64,000 nt of DNA, taken from the NCBI GenBank assembly GCA_963977015.1, contig CAXBMO010000005.1, positions 128,001-192,000 of the forward strand. Direction: 5' to 3'. Under the pieces are notes generated by a model. That model ran no database searches. It was given only the letters and a program-made list of their open reading frames with translations, and was not told where the DNA came from. A program made the position numbers and the translations under genes. Origin of the DNA: an uncultured bacterium. Lineage in GTDB: Bacteria; Verrucomicrobiota; Verrucomicrobiia; Verrucomicrobiales; DEV007. Below, in pieces: positions 61,651 through 64,000 of this stretch (positions within the stretch are counted from its first letter, which is position 1; the number at the start of each line of letters is the position of its first letter).

Positions 61651-64000
61651 TTAATTTCCGCAGGAAGCTGCGGCCGTCGATGCAAAACGCGTCACATAGC
61701 CGAGGAGGAGCTCGGGAGGCTGGGATGGATGTTGGCCAATAAAGTAGGAGTTCCCAAGATACTCACCCGTTGACGCCCAGGCAGAGACCATCCCGTCTTT
61801 CATCACGAGACTGACTTCGGGAATCGTAGAATCGCTACTTTTCAGATGGAGCAAACCGCGTTGATCCAGATAGGCGGCACTTCCATCGGGCCACGCGGCT
61901 TTGAACAGGCGAAACCGCGCCCCGCTCGGCGGAGGCGCCAGTTCAAAATCTTCCCAACATTCCCGACTATTTGAACTGGCGTAAATGTTGGGTTTCACCC
62001 ATTGCAGACGCGGAATCCCACCTGGGATCGTGAGCTGATGGTCTTCGCCACGCGACTTGACCAACAGGGAACCTCCCGGAGTCACGCCAACCGAGGAATA
62101 GCGGTTCCTGACATTTTGGGAACGCCGCAATATTTCGGTCGCACCGGGTTCCAGTCGCGCATCAATCTCCCCGGCGACCTCTTTCACCTCTCCCCGCCTG
62201 ATATCGACCAGGTATTGCCGCTCGACATTGTTCAAACCTTTTGGCTTCGCACGAATGGACAGCCTCGTTCCGTCCGAAGACATGCGAACCCGGCTGACAA
62301 ATGACGCTGGCACCGGCGGACAAACTGGCTCGGGAGGATCAAGCAGACAGAAGACGCTCAGATCAAAACTCATCGCCAATGGCGCGCTCCAATCCGAACT
62401 TTCCCAAACCAATTCTGACGTAAATCCGGGAAGGTCCGGGACTGCGGTCAGCTCGAATTGCTCCACCCGGACTCCAACCGCAAACCAGGTTGCTCCAATC
62501 TTCAAAAACCGTCCACAACCCCGCACACAACGCCCAACCCGCTGGGAAATCACCTTCCTCCCGTCCTGCAGCTGATGCCCGCTCAGCGCTTCGTCGCCTG
62601 CGAGCACCAAGGTCTCCTCCAGTCGAAACGTGTGATAAATCCGTTCGAGACCATGATTGATCCGCGTTTGGGAGGTTTCTCCGGATTCCAGATTTGCCGT
62701 CACCAGTTCGGCAGAGCGATCGGCCCGGGGAATCAGCAACCAGGCAAGCTGCCGTTCCGCATCAATTTCACTCCAGGAAACGACTCCCGAGGGAAGCACA
62801 TCACTCAGCATTCTGGCCCCGGAATTGGAGTTGGTCCAATGGGCCAGAATTCCGCTCTTGGTGTATCCAACCAAACCCGCCTTCGGGTCAAAAACCGTAT
62901 TTTGAGGTTTGATTGGCATCGCGAGCAGGAGCGGAAAGTCGGTCTGACGCAGAATCAACGGCAACGAAGCCGAACGATTGCGAAGAAGATCCGCGCCACT
63001 GATTTCGGAACCTCCGCTCAGAAGTTTTTCCAGATCCAGTCTGGCATGCTGCAGTTCCCGGCTGCCGCCGGCATTGTGAGCCCGCAATACAAAATTTCCT
63101 AACCCATCCACTGTCGCGAGAAAGAACTCCGATTCTGAATTCTGACGCATCACGTCGCGAAACTGACGATCCGCCACCACCGCAGAATGGGTGATGACAA
63201 CACAATCGACGTCTTCGCCGGCGGCCTGAAACCGTTCGAGAAACTGCGCCACCGCAGTTCCCGGCTCGGGCCCCGGACAGAGTCGGCTTAGCAAATCGCG
63301 TAGTCCCTCGCGCGAATCCGGCTCGGCATCGAGCAACTCCGCGCCATCCCAGGTTACCAGATCCACTTCAGCGTCCGGCTCACTTTGCATCGCAAAGGCA
63401 AGCGCCAGGCTGTGGGCAAAAACGCGAGGCAACCCCCAAAGCCGAATCCCGACATCAACAAAAATCGCCCTGCGCCGAGCGGGTTGCTTCGGCGGTGATT
63501 CCCGGCGTAGATAGAGCGCCTCATTGAGAGCCACCCGAACCGCGAGCACTTCCGGATCCTGCGCCAACTCGGAAACCAGCAACCGATCCAGGTTCCCGCG
63601 ATTGGCAATATCGCTGTAGCCGCCGAGCGGCATTTCATCCGGCTCGCTGAGCGGTTTGGGAAGTTGAACCACGGCGCTGAGCGTTTGGGCAATTCGGGCA
63701 ATCCCGGACAATTCGGCATCGCCATCCTCCTGAAGAGACTCAACGAGGGCACGAAGACGCTCGACAAAGGGTAACTCCTCCAACTCAGCAGGATTCAACA
63801 TTCCGGGCAGGCCTGTTTCCTGCAAGAATTCCACGTCAATATTCTGCAGGGCATCCAGGGTCATCGTGACGTTGCGAATGGTCTCCACCAGTCCAACCGT
63901 TGCGTCGTTTTCGGGCGGAGGAAGCTGGGCCACTTGAAACCGCTGGCGAATCAGGACCGCCGCTTCTTTGGAGCGGAACATCGCCGCAATCTCGAACGCT
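61651..64000 (-). CDS. vWA-containing component of a MoxR-vWA-beta-propeller ternary system (bpX0/bpX1-like); 5' end probably outside the window
   Basis: PLGGYSDIANRGNLDRLLVSELA, NEALYLRRESPP, FVDVGIRLWG; C-terminal WPDGS.AYLDQRGLLHLKSSD.TIPE. The frame stays open to position 64000. Confidence 0.72.
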   Translation of the reverse strand, partial: AFEIAAMFRSKEAAVLIRQRFQVAQLPPPENDATVGLVETIRNVTMTLDALQNIDVEFLQETGLPGMLNPAELEELPFVERLRALVESLQEDGDAELSGIARIAQTLSAVVQLPKPLSEPDEMPLGGYSDIANRGNLDRLLVSELAQDPEVLAVRVALNEALYLRRESPPKQPARRRAIFVDVGIRLWGLPRVFAHSLALAFAMQSEPDAEVDLVTWDGAELLDAEPDSREGLRDLLSRLCPGPEPGTAVAQFLERFQAAGEDVDCVVITHSAVVADRQFRDVMRQNSESEFFLATVDGLGNFVLRAHNAGGSRELQHARLDLEKLLSGGSEISGADLLRNRSASLPLILRQTDFPLLLAMPIKPQNTVFDPKAGLVGYTKSGILAHWTNSNSGARMLSDVLPSGVVSWSEIDAERQLAWLLIPRADRSAELVTANLESGETSQTRINHGLERIYHTFRLEETLVLAGDEALSGHQLQDGRKVISQRVGRCVRGCGRFLKIGATWFAVGVRVEQFELTAVPDLPGFTSELVWESSDWSAPLAMSFDLSVFCLLDPPEPVCPPVPASFVSRVRMSSDGTRLSIRAKPKGLNNVERQYLVDIRRGEVKEVAGEIDARLEPGATEILRRSQNVRNRYSSVGVTPGGSLLVKSRGEDHQLTIPGGIPRLQWVKPNIYASSNSRECWEDFELAPPPSGARFRLFKAAWPDGSAAYLDQRGLLHLKSSDSTIPEVSLVMKDGMVSAWASTGEYLGNSYFIGQHPSQPPELLLGYVTRFASTAAASCGN

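Overview
A 64 kb bacterial chromosomal segment. Gene content suggests the PVC superphylum, most likely Verrucomicrobia (inferred from the PVC-type heme-CxxCH protein, kinase-linked ECF sigma, DUF1080/ThuA protein, sulfatase and ExbB/ExbD/TPR operon). Housekeeping genes are deoC, type II glutamine synthetase, ribA, ligA, a tRNA with CAT anticodon, menA/menC/menE, dxs and xseB. The left edge holds the 5' 7.7 kb of a giant filamentous-haemagglutinin-like exoprotein with about 20 IGHG repeats. The most striking locus is 19.6-28.8 kb. An ECF sigma with DASD in place of DAED is divergent from a receptor Ser/Thr kinase with three extracytoplasmic repeat modules. The kinase is followed by a TIR-FHA fusion bracketed by a duplicated kinase 3' end, then by secreted TPR and membrane genes, each unit preceded by a conserved fixed-spacing bipartite motif (TCTAAC-N14-CCGGAAAG), a candidate ECF promoter. 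Other accessory elements are a REP/BIME-like palindrome mosaic (18.3-18.8 kb), a Fic gene with a tandem operator-like repeat, a two-gene Abi-like module at the tRNA 3' end, a candidate sRNA near 50.2 kb and, at the right edge, a probable component of a MoxR-vWA-beta-propeller ternary conflict system. All family calls come from motif recognition by eye; no database searches were run.
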